A stretch of 25,936 bases of DNA from Fidelibacterota bacterium (GTDB lineage: Bacteria > Fidelibacterota > Marinisomatia > Marinisomatales > UBA2128). The translations under genes were made by a program, and so were the position numbers. Shown one piece after another: positions 1 through 8,513 of this stretch (position 1 is the first letter of the stretch; each line of letters starts with the position of its first letter). The notes under the pieces were generated by a model. The model did no database searches. It was not told where the DNA came from and worked only from the letters and a program-made list of their open reading frames with translations. The stretch lies in assembly GCA_046861645.1 (NCBI GenBank), contig JBHHUM010000029.1:1-25936 (forward strand), in the 5' to 3' direction.

Positions 1-636
1 GGTCTTGTCGCTGGAGATTTCGATGGTGACGGATATGGTGATGTCTTCATGGGTGGCAATTACGGCAGTGATGTCTGGCATGCATCCTATAGTGGTTCTG
101 GGTCTATCACCGATTCATCCAGTTACTCAGTTGAAATGGTGTATCAAGCCGACACCAGCGGGGCAGTAAGAGCATATACCCTTTCATTTGGTGGCGATCA
201 GGGCTCTCCAGCAGCCTCATCAGACCTTGATGGAAACGGGTTTCCCGATCTGGTCATTGGATTTGAGGATGGTGATTCTACTGAAACAGAGTATGTAATT
301 GTTGTAGAACAAACTGGTACTACGGCTATAGAAGAGAACTATGGTGCTGCTGTTCTCAATGCCTACAAACTCAGCCAGAATTACCCCAATCCTTTTAACC
401 CATCTACCATCATCAACTACTCCCTTACTCAGGGAGGACACGTAGACCTGGCAGTGTATGATCTACTGGGACGTAAAGTGACCACTTTAACATCCGAGTA
501 CCATAATCCAGGTGAATACTCCCTTGAGTGGAATGGAACTGATAACCAAGGTGAAATGGTTGCCAGTGGAGTCTATCTGTACAAACTAAATGTCAATGGT
601 GCTGTCCTGACTCGCCAGATGACATTCGTCAGATAA
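1..636 (+). CDS. 5'-truncated FG-GAP/VCBS repeat protein with C-terminal T9SS type-A (Por secretion tail/FlgD-Ig-like) sorting domain
   Basis: Frame 1 is open from base 1 (GLVAGDFDGDGYGDVFMGG, an FG-GAP-like repeat), so the ORF-track start at 49 is internal. There is a second repeat, SDLDGNGFPDLVIG. The C-terminus LSQNYPNPFNPSTIINYSL...VYDLLGRKV...WNGTDNQGEMVASGVYLYKL...RQMTFVR is a typical type-A CTD. Confidence 0.88.
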   Translation, partial: GLVAGDFDGDGYGDVFMGGNYGSDVWHASYSGSGSITDSSSYSVEMVYQADTSGAVRAYTLSFGGDQGSPAASSDLDGNGFPDLVIGFEDGDSTETEYVIVVEQTGTTAIEENYGAAVLNAYKLSQNYPNPFNPSTIINYSLTQGGHVDLAVYDLLGRKVTTLTSEYHNPGEYSLEWNGTDNQGEMVASGVYLYKLNVNGAVLTRQMTFVR

Positions 637-639
637 ACC

Positions 640-682
640 TGTTAAGAGCGGCGGGTAGTTATTTTGCTCGCCGCTCTTAACA
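640..682 (+). terminator. Strong intergenic stem-loop (terminator-like or mRNA processing/stability element)
   Basis: Perfect 14-bp inverted repeat TGTTAAGAGCGGCG (640-653) / CGCCGCTCTTAACA (669-682), extendable inward with G-U pairs. It starts 3 nt after the stop at 636. No poly-U tail follows, so termination function is uncertain. Confidence 0.6.
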
Positions 683-691
683 AATAATAAG

Positions 692-3421
692 ATGGCAACC
701 TTGTTAATCCGAATCCTGGTTACCTTCTTTTTTATCTGGTCTGGTTCTAATCTTCAAGCCGGAACTACAGGTAAAATCAAGGGCCGCGTTACTGATATAA
801 ATAATCAATCTTTAGTCGGAGTTAACATTGTATTAGATGGGACTTCTTTGGGAGCTGCAGCAGACGAGGATGGCAGATATTACATTCTAAACGTTCCTCC
901 CGGTTCTTATACAGTAGTCTTTTCCATGATTGGTTATAAAACTTTGAAAGTGAAAAATGTCAGGGTTCAATCCGATCTTACGACTGAATTCAATGCCACT
1001 TTGGAAGAAACCGTAGTCGCTGCCGGTGAAGAAGTCACTGTAATTGCCAAAAGAGGAATGATTCAGCGGGATGCTACTGCCAGCGCTGCCGTAATCTCCT
1101 CTGACGTCATCGAAGACTCCCCCATCGAAACCTTTCAGGCTATTGTCCAGACTAAAGCCGGTGTAACCGCTGATGCCGGAGGCGCTCTGCACTTCAGGGG
1201 TGGACGTTCCAATGAAATCGCATACCTTGTTGACGGCATCCCCAATATGAATCCTTACCTCACCACTCTAGGTGTAGATATCGCCACCAATGCTATTCAG
1301 GAGCTTTCCGTGCTTACTGGTTCTTTTAGTGCCGAATATGGTCAGGCTATGTCAGGTATCATTAATTTAGTAACGAAAGAACCCGGAACGAGTTATCATG
1401 GATCCCTGTCCTATATGAGTGGGGACCTCGCTACCAACTATGATATCGATATTAATCAGGCTGTACAGGATTATGGAGGAGCATACAATTTTGATAACAA
1501 CAAGGAAATAGAGGCTTCATTCTCAGGACCGTTACCCTTGTTCGGAAAACGACTTCGCTTTTTCTTTTCGGCCAGAAATGTCGGTAAAGATGGATATCTG
1601 TATGGCCTTTCACGATACAATCCTTATGGTGCTGAAAAAGATTCCTCGGAGTGGAAGGCATTCCCACTAAACCCTTCTATGAAAACAAATTTACAACTGA
1701 AATTGACTTTTAATCTTTTTTCTAAAGTTAAACTACAATATAACCTTCTTTTCGAAGATAGTTATTGGAAGAGTTATTCTCATTCCCGTAAATACATCGA
1801 AGAAGGGCACTACCAGAACTTTAAGAATGCCTTGAATCATATGTTTAAATTAACACATCAACTAAGTGAACTAATTTTCTATTCCGTCAGTTATTCACGA
1901 ATAGACAACCAGTATGAATATTATGCCTACGAAAACCTCGAAGATAGTCGTTATGTTTGGGGTGGGTACTATGTTCGGGATGATAATTATGAGTTTTATA
2001 AAGGGGGTACCAATAATTCTCGCCACAAAAGAATCCTTTTAACTGATCAGATCACTGGTCACTTTACTGCTCAGTTGGCAGCTCAACATGAGGTAAAACT
2101 GGGATTTGAAGCTAAGATGCACGAATTCGACCTGTCCAATTGGTCCATCTTAGTTGATAGAAAAGATGAACCGTGGGTAGATATTGATGGCAATGGCGAA
2201 TATGATGAAGGTGAAGAGTTTACAGATCTTGATGGCAACGGAACCTGGAGTTCAGCTAAGGATGATAATGGAGATGGCATAAATGGTAATGTCACGATCG
2301 CCAGCGGGGCATACTTTGACAGGTATCAACCTAAACCCAAAGAATTTTCGGCTTATATACAGGATAAAATAGAATTAAAGGATATGGTCATCAACGCCGG
2401 TGTAAGGTGGGATTATTATGACAGTGATGGTCGAGTCGCATTAGATTGGAGTGATCCCTCGCCAGACAGTACTAAAGATGCTTCTCCCAAGCAGCAATTC
2501 AGTCCGCGCTTTTCCATAGCTTATCCTGTTTCAGATCGGGGAAAGTTATTCTTCTCTTATGGTCATTTCTTTCAAATGCCACCTTACGAGAAACTGTATC
2601 ATAATCCTGATTTTGATGTCCTCCCAGGCGTTATTAAAAGCGATATAGGCAATGCTGATTTGAAACCTCAGAAAACGGTAGCCTATGAGATAGGTTTTGA
2701 ACAGGAAGTGGGATTGGATGCAGCAATCTATCTGAAAGCTTTTTACAAGGATTTCAGAAACCTGTTGGGTCAGCGAGTATATATTCTTCCAGGCGGTTCT
2801 GATTCTTATGCTCTATATATTAATCGTTCCTGGGGAAATGTGAAGGGTGTCTCCTTTACTTTTGATAAGCGGTTTACCAGACTTGTCTCCGGTTCTGTAG
2901 ATTATACCTATCAGGTAGCCGTAGGTAACGAATCAGACCCCACCAGAACTCGCAGAGACTACCGCCTCTCCATCGAACCCCAGAAAAAAGTGGTGAATCT
3001 GGATTGGGACCAAACCCATGCTTTCCGTTTCAACTTAAACATTGGGCATCCTGGCAAATGGCGAGTCAGTACAATTGGGCGGATTGAAAGTGGTTATCCT
3101 TATACTCCCAAGGATGTAAATGAGCTGGTCCGTATCGCCGAAGAGAACTCCGGACGGAAACCAAATCAGATTACCGTTGATCTGACCGCCTACAAGAATT
3201 TTGCGATTAAACTGAGCTCAGCTAAGATTTCCTATCGTCTATTTCTGAAAGTCTACAATCTCTTCGACCGGAGAAATGAAAACTACGTTTGGGACAGCTC
3301 CGGCAGGGCGGGTTACTCTCTGGGACGCTTCGGAGATGAATCAACTCCAGAATGGGTGAATCGTCCCAATTGGTTCTCACAACCTCGACTCATTTATCTT
3401 GGATTTGCTCTGGAATTTTGA
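692..3421 (+). CDS. TonB-dependent receptor with N-terminal CarboxypepD_reg-like domain (cassette 1)
   Basis: Signal peptide ending LQA-GTTGKIKGRV; GAAADEDGRYYILNVPPGSYTV (CarboxypepD_reg-like); plug HFRGGRSNEIAYLVDG and GSFSAEYGQAMSGIINLVTK; barrel motifs AYIQDKIE, NAGVRWDY, SPRFSIAYP, GNADLKP, YNLFD; C-terminal Phe. Confidence 0.95.
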   Translation: MATLLIRILVTFFFIWSGSNLQAGTTGKIKGRVTDINNQSLVGVNIVLDGTSLGAAADEDGRYYILNVPPGSYTVVFSMIGYKTLKVKNVRVQSDLTTEFNATLEETVVAAGEEVTVIAKRGMIQRDATASAAVISSDVIEDSPIETFQAIVQTKAGVTADAGGALHFRGGRSNEIAYLVDGIPNMNPYLTTLGVDIATNAIQELSVLTGSFSAEYGQAMSGIINLVTKEPGTSYHGSLSYMSGDLATNYDIDINQAVQDYGGAYNFDNNKEIEASFSGPLPLFGKRLRFFFSARNVGKDGYLYGLSRYNPYGAEKDSSEWKAFPLNPSMKTNLQLKLTFNLFSKVKLQYNLLFEDSYWKSYSHSRKYIEEGHYQNFKNALNHMFKLTHQLSELIFYSVSYSRIDNQYEYYAYENLEDSRYVWGGYYVRDDNYEFYKGGTNNSRHKRILLTDQITGHFTAQLAAQHEVKLGFEAKMHEFDLSNWSILVDRKDEPWVDIDGNGEYDEGEEFTDLDGNGTWSSAKDDNGDGINGNVTIASGAYFDRYQPKPKEFSAYIQDKIELKDMVINAGVRWDYYDSDGRVALDWSDPSPDSTKDASPKQQFSPRFSIAYPVSDRGKLFFSYGHFFQMPPYEKLYHNPDFDVLPGVIKSDIGNADLKPQKTVAYEIGFEQEVGLDAAIYLKAFYKDFRNLLGQRVYILPGGSDSYALYINRSWGNVKGVSFTFDKRFTRLVSGSVDYTYQVAVGNESDPTRTRRDYRLSIEPQKKVVNLDWDQTHAFRFNLNIGHPGKWRVSTIGRIESGYPYTPKDVNELVRIAEENSGRKPNQITVDLTAYKNFAIKLSSAKISYRLFLKVYNLFDRRNENYVWDSSGRAGYSLGRFGDESTPEWVNRPNWFSQPRLIYLGFALEF

Positions 3422-3454
3422 CAAAAGGAAAAGATTAGTTTTCATCACTCACCT

Positions 3455-6400
3455 ATGAAACCAAGTAAACTCTTCACCCTTCTCTTAATTTTATCTATCA
3501 TACCCCTTTCTTTGAGCGGTCAATCTTCCTTAAAAAGGCCGGAAGGGCCGATGAAAACCTGGTCTAAAGCTGAATTTGACAACTTCATTAAAGCCATGGA
3601 AGAAAGGCGAAGATTAAACAAGTCTTTAGCACACGAAGACCGGAAATTCGCCACACACGACGGCAATAAAATCAGAACCTTGTTCTACAATTATGGCTCC
3701 ATTGGCCGTCCCAATACTGAACCATCCATGGAGTGGCCAGCCTATTCTGGACACGGATATGCTTATGAGTTTGGTCCCCTTGTTGGCGTAGAGGTTGTGG
3801 ACGTAGATAGCGATACCGTCTGGATTTTCTCCGATGGCATGTTAGATGGTGGCGATTCTGACCCCACTGGAGGATCAAACTGGTGGGGCTGGGAACCCCT
3901 TCCCGGCTACGCCGCTCCAGATCAGGAGAGTATCGCCATGTCTAATGATCCTGATTCCTGGGGCGATAATTTCCCTATCGATGACGAAGGGTATCTCCTC
4001 TGGCCAGGACAATTCGGCGATGGTGTAATTACAGCTGATCTGGAGAGCTACTTTGTCATGGACGATCGCTGGAATGCAGAATTCGAATATTATCCCAGTC
4101 CCTCAGATTCATCCCTGAGAGGAACTGGTGTTACTGTAGAAGTACGGGGCTACCAATATGCCGCTTCTGTAGCTGAGGATATTATCTTTTTCTTATACGA
4201 GGTTACCAATACCAGTGAGAAGACGATCGATAAAGTTGTTTTGGGAATGATTGGTGATCCTCACATAGGGGGAGCAGGAGATTTTTCAGATGATTTTGCT
4301 GGTTTTGTAGATAATGATGGTATCGACAGTTTTACCGGGGAAGAAGTTGATGTAACAGGCATGGTCTATTGTTGGGATAAACAGGGGTCAGGAAATGATT
4401 ACGGTATCAGTTGGGATGAACTGGGCTGGCTTGGCTATAAATTCCTGGAAAGTCCGGGAGTTGCTATAGATGGTATCGATAACGATAACGATGGTTTCAC
4501 TGACGAAAGTCAATATGATAGTATCGATAACGACGGAGATTGGCACGCAACTGACGAAGAAGCTGTCGCCGATACTGCAGAGGCGAGAGATTGGTGGAAT
4601 ACCAAAATGTGGAACGGGATCGACGATGACGGTGATGGACGCATCGACGATTGGGGTGACCTCGATGGCAAAAGTGATGACCTGAATGAGAACGGCGTTC
4701 CTGACGAAGGTGAACCCGATTTCGAATTGTCTGATGTGGATGAAAGTGATATGATCGGCCTTACCAGTTTCTGGGCACCGATTTACGGTGTGGAAGAAGC
4801 TGGTATGGACGATGTGATGTGGAGACGGATGACACCGGGAACATTTGCAGGTCAGACTGATATCGCTCAGGATGCAGATAATGTCTTTATTTTCGGTTCT
4901 GGATATTTTACACTGGAACCAGGTGAATCTCAAAAATTCTCTATCGCTGTTCTTATGGGTCAGAATAAAGATGATCTCTTCTCAAATGCAAAAGTAGCCG
5001 ACTGGATTTATCGCCTTGGATTCCAGTTCACCAAGCCACCAGATAAACCTACGGTAACAGCAGTTACCGGTGATAAGAAAGTTACCCTGTACTGGGATCG
5101 TAATGCCGAAGCATCCGTCGATCCTGTTAATGGTGAGGATTTTGAAGGATATAAACTCTATAGAAGTACGGTAAAAGGAGATTGGGGACAGGAAATAACA
5201 AACAATCAGGGTATCTCCGTGGGCTATGTTCCCATTGCCCAATTCGATTTGGATGATGATATTGAAGGTCCCCATCAGGTGCCTTCAGCCGAAGGGTATC
5301 ACATGGACATGGGTGATGATACAGGTTTATCCTGGACCTACATAGATACTCCGGTAATCAATGGACTGACATACTACTATGCCATCACTGCTTACGATAA
5401 AGGTAGTGCCGAAGGTAACTTGCCCCCTCTAGAATGTTCTAAGAATCTGGGTGATATCAACGTAGTCTCCGTGACACCTAATGCACCTGCAGCTGGTTAT
5501 ATCCCTCCCAATACCCCTGATCCAGGACTTGAGTTTGTTACCCATGATTCCGGGGCGGCCACTGGTGAAATTATTATAAACGTACTTAACCCTGAAATTG
5601 TACCCGATAATTGGTCCTATGAAGTTCAATTTACTATAGACGGAAACAAAACTTATTACTCGGTAGCAAATCTTGAGACTACTGCTGACACAGTCACAAT
5701 TATCAGTGGACAGGCAAGTCTCAGCTTGGAAAACATCGTCCCCGGTTCAGTAAGTATGTCAACAGTTGACGGATCAATGACCTTTGAAGATACAACCGAC
5801 TTTACTATTGATTACGAATCAGGAACACTTACGGTCATATCCACTGCAATCATAGAAGGGACAAGCTACATTGTCACCTATAACTACTATCCTCTTTATC
5901 AAAGTTCATACATAAATGGAGAACCTTTGAATCCAGTATTCAATGGTATGCAGATCTTGGCTTATAACGACGATCTCGAATTATTAAAGGACAGTAGTGG
6001 TTGGATCAGTGGAGATTGTGATTACATTCCTAAAATCAACTTATACTCAGGAGGAACACTTTACCCAGCAGATTTTGAAATTCAATGGCAAGGTTCCCTA
6101 GGAGACTCAGTTTCCCAGGACTTTTTCTTTGGTATTTCAGCACCCTTTATTATTTGGAATGTCACTGAAGAAGATACTGTTCGTTATGTCATTACTGAAG
6201 ATGATGGTGACAAAGAGTGGGATCCAAGTGAACCGATCATATTGCTTCCCTATGAAACAGGGTTAAGTACCAGTTTTCAGGTCACTTTTACAATCGATTC
6301 TCTGGATATTGATACCACAGTTGTAAATGATACTACTGTCATCTATGACACTACGATAGTTGCTTTTGAGTCTTTTGAAGCAGGTGATGTAGTGGGAATC

Positions 6401-6808
6401 TATACTCTAAAACCATTTGCTGATAATGATATCTACCGTTTTACTACTTCTGCTGCAAGAACTGAGCAAAACCTCACCAAGAATGACATGTCCCTCATCG
6501 CAGTCGTACCTAACCCGTACGTGGCAGCTTCAAGCTTAGAGGCTACTCCACCTCAGGTTTTCACTGCTGGACGAGGTGAACGAAGAGTGGATTTTATACA
6601 TCTCCCTGAAGAGTGTACCATCCGCATTTACACCATGGTGGGAGAACATGTCAGGACACTCACACATACAGGAACGGTATTCGAAGGGACAGAATCCTGG
6701 GATCTCTTAAATAAGGATGGTCACGATATTGCCCCCGGAATTTATATCTATCATATAGAGACTCCGGAAGGTTTCGAAAGAGTTGGAAGATTAGCAATAA
6801 TCAAATGA
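3455..6808 (+). CDS. Large acidic secreted protein of unknown function: Asp-rich Ca-binding-like repeats, FN3-like domain, T9SS-like C-terminal tail (cassette 1)
   Basis: Signal peptide MKPSKLFTLLLILSIIPLSLSG; DGIDNDNDG/GIDDDGDG repeats; FN3-like VTLYWD...FEGYKLYRS...NGLTYYYAITAYD; tail IAVVPNPY...IRIYTMVGEHV...WDLLNKDGHDIAPGIYIYH...LAIIK. Confidence 0.85.
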   Translation: MKPSKLFTLLLILSIIPLSLSGQSSLKRPEGPMKTWSKAEFDNFIKAMEERRRLNKSLAHEDRKFATHDGNKIRTLFYNYGSIGRPNTEPSMEWPAYSGHGYAYEFGPLVGVEVVDVDSDTVWIFSDGMLDGGDSDPTGGSNWWGWEPLPGYAAPDQESIAMSNDPDSWGDNFPIDDEGYLLWPGQFGDGVITADLESYFVMDDRWNAEFEYYPSPSDSSLRGTGVTVEVRGYQYAASVAEDIIFFLYEVTNTSEKTIDKVVLGMIGDPHIGGAGDFSDDFAGFVDNDGIDSFTGEEVDVTGMVYCWDKQGSGNDYGISWDELGWLGYKFLESPGVAIDGIDNDNDGFTDESQYDSIDNDGDWHATDEEAVADTAEARDWWNTKMWNGIDDDGDGRIDDWGDLDGKSDDLNENGVPDEGEPDFELSDVDESDMIGLTSFWAPIYGVEEAGMDDVMWRRMTPGTFAGQTDIAQDADNVFIFGSGYFTLEPGESQKFSIAVLMGQNKDDLFSNAKVADWIYRLGFQFTKPPDKPTVTAVTGDKKVTLYWDRNAEASVDPVNGEDFEGYKLYRSTVKGDWGQEITNNQGISVGYVPIAQFDLDDDIEGPHQVPSAEGYHMDMGDDTGLSWTYIDTPVINGLTYYYAITAYDKGSAEGNLPPLECSKNLGDINVVSVTPNAPAAGYIPPNTPDPGLEFVTHDSGAATGEIIINVLNPEIVPDNWSYEVQFTIDGNKTYYSVANLETTADTVTIISGQASLSLENIVPGSVSMSTVDGSMTFEDTTDFTIDYESGTLTVISTAIIEGTSYIVTYNYYPLYQSSYINGEPLNPVFNGMQILAYNDDLELLKDSSGWISGDCDYIPKINLYSGGTLYPADFEIQWQGSLGDSVSQDFFFGISAPFIIWNVTEEDTVRYVITEDDGDKEWDPSEPIILLPYETGLSTSFQVTFTIDSLDIDTTVVNDTTVIYDTTIVAFESFEAGDVVGIYTLKPFADNDIYRFTTSAARTEQNLTKNDMSLIAVVPNPYVAASSLEATPPQVFTAGRGERRVDFIHLPEECTIRIYTMVGEHVRTLTHTGTVFEGTESWDLLNKDGHDIAPGIYIYHIETPEGFERVGRLAIIK

Positions 6809-7833
6809 CTGCAACAGGAAAAAAACTTACCCTCTTTCCCCTACTCTTATTGATACTGATGGTTTCGGGACTGCAAAGTACTACAAAAGTAGGAACTTCC
6901 GTCGCTCAGTTTTTGAAAATTGGGGTTGGAGCCCGCGCTACAGCCATGGGCGAATCCTTCAACGCCCTCTCTACTGGTGTAACATCGATTTACTGGAATC
7001 CCGCCGGCCTGGCAAGATTGAGTAAAAGTGAACTTTTCTTCTCACATACCAACTGGCTGGCTGGTATTTCCCATGATTTTTTCGCCGTAGCAGTCAATGC
7101 CCCCGGGGTAAGAGGTACCATAGGACTTTTTGCCAATAGTGTCTCTGTACCTGAAGACGAAGTTCGTACGGTTTTTCAACCTGAGGGAACCGGGGAATTC
7201 TTTGACGCCAGTGATTTAGCGATTGGCCTATCGTACGCTCTTTCCATCACCGACCGATTCTCCGTTGGTTTCGTAGGAAAATATATACAGGAGCGAATCT
7301 GGTCTATGAATTCATCAGCCGTAGCTCTTGATATCGGTACTCATTACCACAGTCAATTCCACAATTTAAAGATTGGGATCGCCCTCAGTAACTTCGGTAC
7401 CAAGATGCATTTATCCGGCCGGGCGAACCTCCTTTTTGTTGATCCAGACCCGTTTATTGAAGGTAATACCGAAACCATCCGGGCTGAACTTGAGATGGGA
7501 AAATGGGACCTGCCATTGTATGTCAGGACAGGAATCGCTCTCGATCTCATTCAGGGAAAGGGAATAAATATTTCCTGTGCTGTAGATATGATTCATCCCA
7601 ACGACAATCTCGAGTTTTTCAACACTGGATTTGAAGCTTCCATAGCAGATATGTTTTTCCTTCGAGGTGGTTACAGGGGTTATGGAATGGATGAAGCCGA
7701 AGGAGGACTGGCTTTCGGTGGGGGATTAAAACTATCCCTCGGATCTCTAACTAAACTCCATATTGATTATGCCGTTACTGATTTTGGTAGATTATCTTTT
7801 GTTCACCAGTTTTCTACAAGTGTAAGTTTCTAA
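6805..7833 (+). CDS. PorV/PorQ-family (UPF0164-like) outer-membrane beta-barrel (cassette 1)
   Basis: Signal peptide; FLKIGVGARATAMGE and SIYWNPAGLA family motifs; amphipathic beta strands; C-terminal Phe; ATGA overlap with the upstream gene. Confidence 0.9.
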   Translation: MTATGKKLTLFPLLLLILMVSGLQSTTKVGTSVAQFLKIGVGARATAMGESFNALSTGVTSIYWNPAGLARLSKSELFFSHTNWLAGISHDFFAVAVNAPGVRGTIGLFANSVSVPEDEVRTVFQPEGTGEFFDASDLAIGLSYALSITDRFSVGFVGKYIQERIWSMNSSAVALDIGTHYHSQFHNLKIGIALSNFGTKMHLSGRANLLFVDPDPFIEGNTETIRAELEMGKWDLPLYVRTGIALDLIQGKGINISCAVDMIHPNDNLEFFNTGFEASIADMFFLRGGYRGYGMDEAEGGLAFGGGLKLSLGSLTKLHIDYAVTDFGRLSFVHQFSTSVSF

Positions 7834-7835
7834 GC

Positions 7836-7877
7836 TGAGTAGATGCAGCTTTCTTTTCTACATCTGCATCTCTCTCA
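7836..7877 (+). terminator. Weak stem-loop after cassette 1
   Basis: AGATGCAG (7841-7848) pairs with CTGCATCT (7864-7871), with an imperfect TGAG/CTCA extension. The loop is 15 nt and there is no U-tract. Confidence 0.3.
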
Positions 7878-7913
7878 TCCCCTTGCGGATTCCAAATGTG
7901 ATTACCAAAAACG

Positions 7914-8504
7914 ATGTTGAACTATATCTGGTTAGGCATGATTCTCATTTCTGTAGTTGCAGGAGCAGCTACAGGGAAGATTGATGCGGTAACTGAAGAA
8001 GCCATCAGCATGGCCAAAACGGCTGTGGAAATAGCCATTGGACTTATTGGGGTCATGGCTCTCTGGTTGGGAATCATGAAAATTGCTGAGGAGGCAGGAT
8101 TAGTCCATTTGTTAGCTAAAGGTATTAAACCCCTCACCCGAAGGCTCTTCCCTGACGTACCCGTAGAACATCCCGCTATGGGAGCCATGATTCTGAACAT
8201 TTCCGCAAATATTTTAGGCTTGGGTAACGCCGCAACACCATTCGGTATCAAAGCCATGGAAGAGTTACAGAAGATTAATCCTCGGAAAGATACTGCCACC
8301 AATGCCATGTGTACTTTTCTGGCAATCAATACCTCCAGTGTACAAATCCTCCTCCCTGCTACTGTTGTAGGACTCATGGGAGCCGTATCCAATCAGATTT
8401 TTATTACCACGATCCTGGCAACATCCCTTTCAACTGTTGTCGGTATTGTCGCTGCTAAAACATTTGAAAAAATGAAAGCATTCCGTATATCTAATGAAGA
8501 ATAG
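7914..8504 (+). CDS. spmA: SpmA-family membrane protein (nucleoside recognition/gate domain)
   Basis: MLNYIW start; LWLGIMKIAEEAGL, LFPDVPVEHPAMGAM, NILGLGNAATPFGIKAMEELQ and MCTFLAINTSSVQ motifs typical of spore maturation protein A; hydrophobic. Confidence 0.93.
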   Translation: MLNYIWLGMILISVVAGAATGKIDAVTEEAISMAKTAVEIAIGLIGVMALWLGIMKIAEEAGLVHLLAKGIKPLTRRLFPDVPVEHPAMGAMILNISANILGLGNAATPFGIKAMEELQKINPRKDTATNAMCTFLAINTSSVQILLPATVVGLMGAVSNQIFITTILATSLSTVVGIVAAKTFEKMKAFRISNEE

Positions 8505-8513
8505 AAGCTGAAC

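Noticed and set aside
49..636. ORF-track start at 49 as a complete 195-aa gene
   Set aside because: The frame is open to base 1 with an FG-GAP repeat upstream and no signal peptide, so the gene begins before the window.
4388..4933. 181-aa antisense ORF (and other 60-156 aa shadow ORFs such as 7922..8392 and 22802..23194)
   Set aside because: These lie wholly within well-supported genes on the opposite strand or another frame and have no recognisable motifs.
692..6808. Classical SusC/SusD pair
   Set aside because: The receptors lack recognisable SusC signature motifs, and the downstream proteins have no lipobox Cys or SusD/TPR features and carry CTD-like tails instead.
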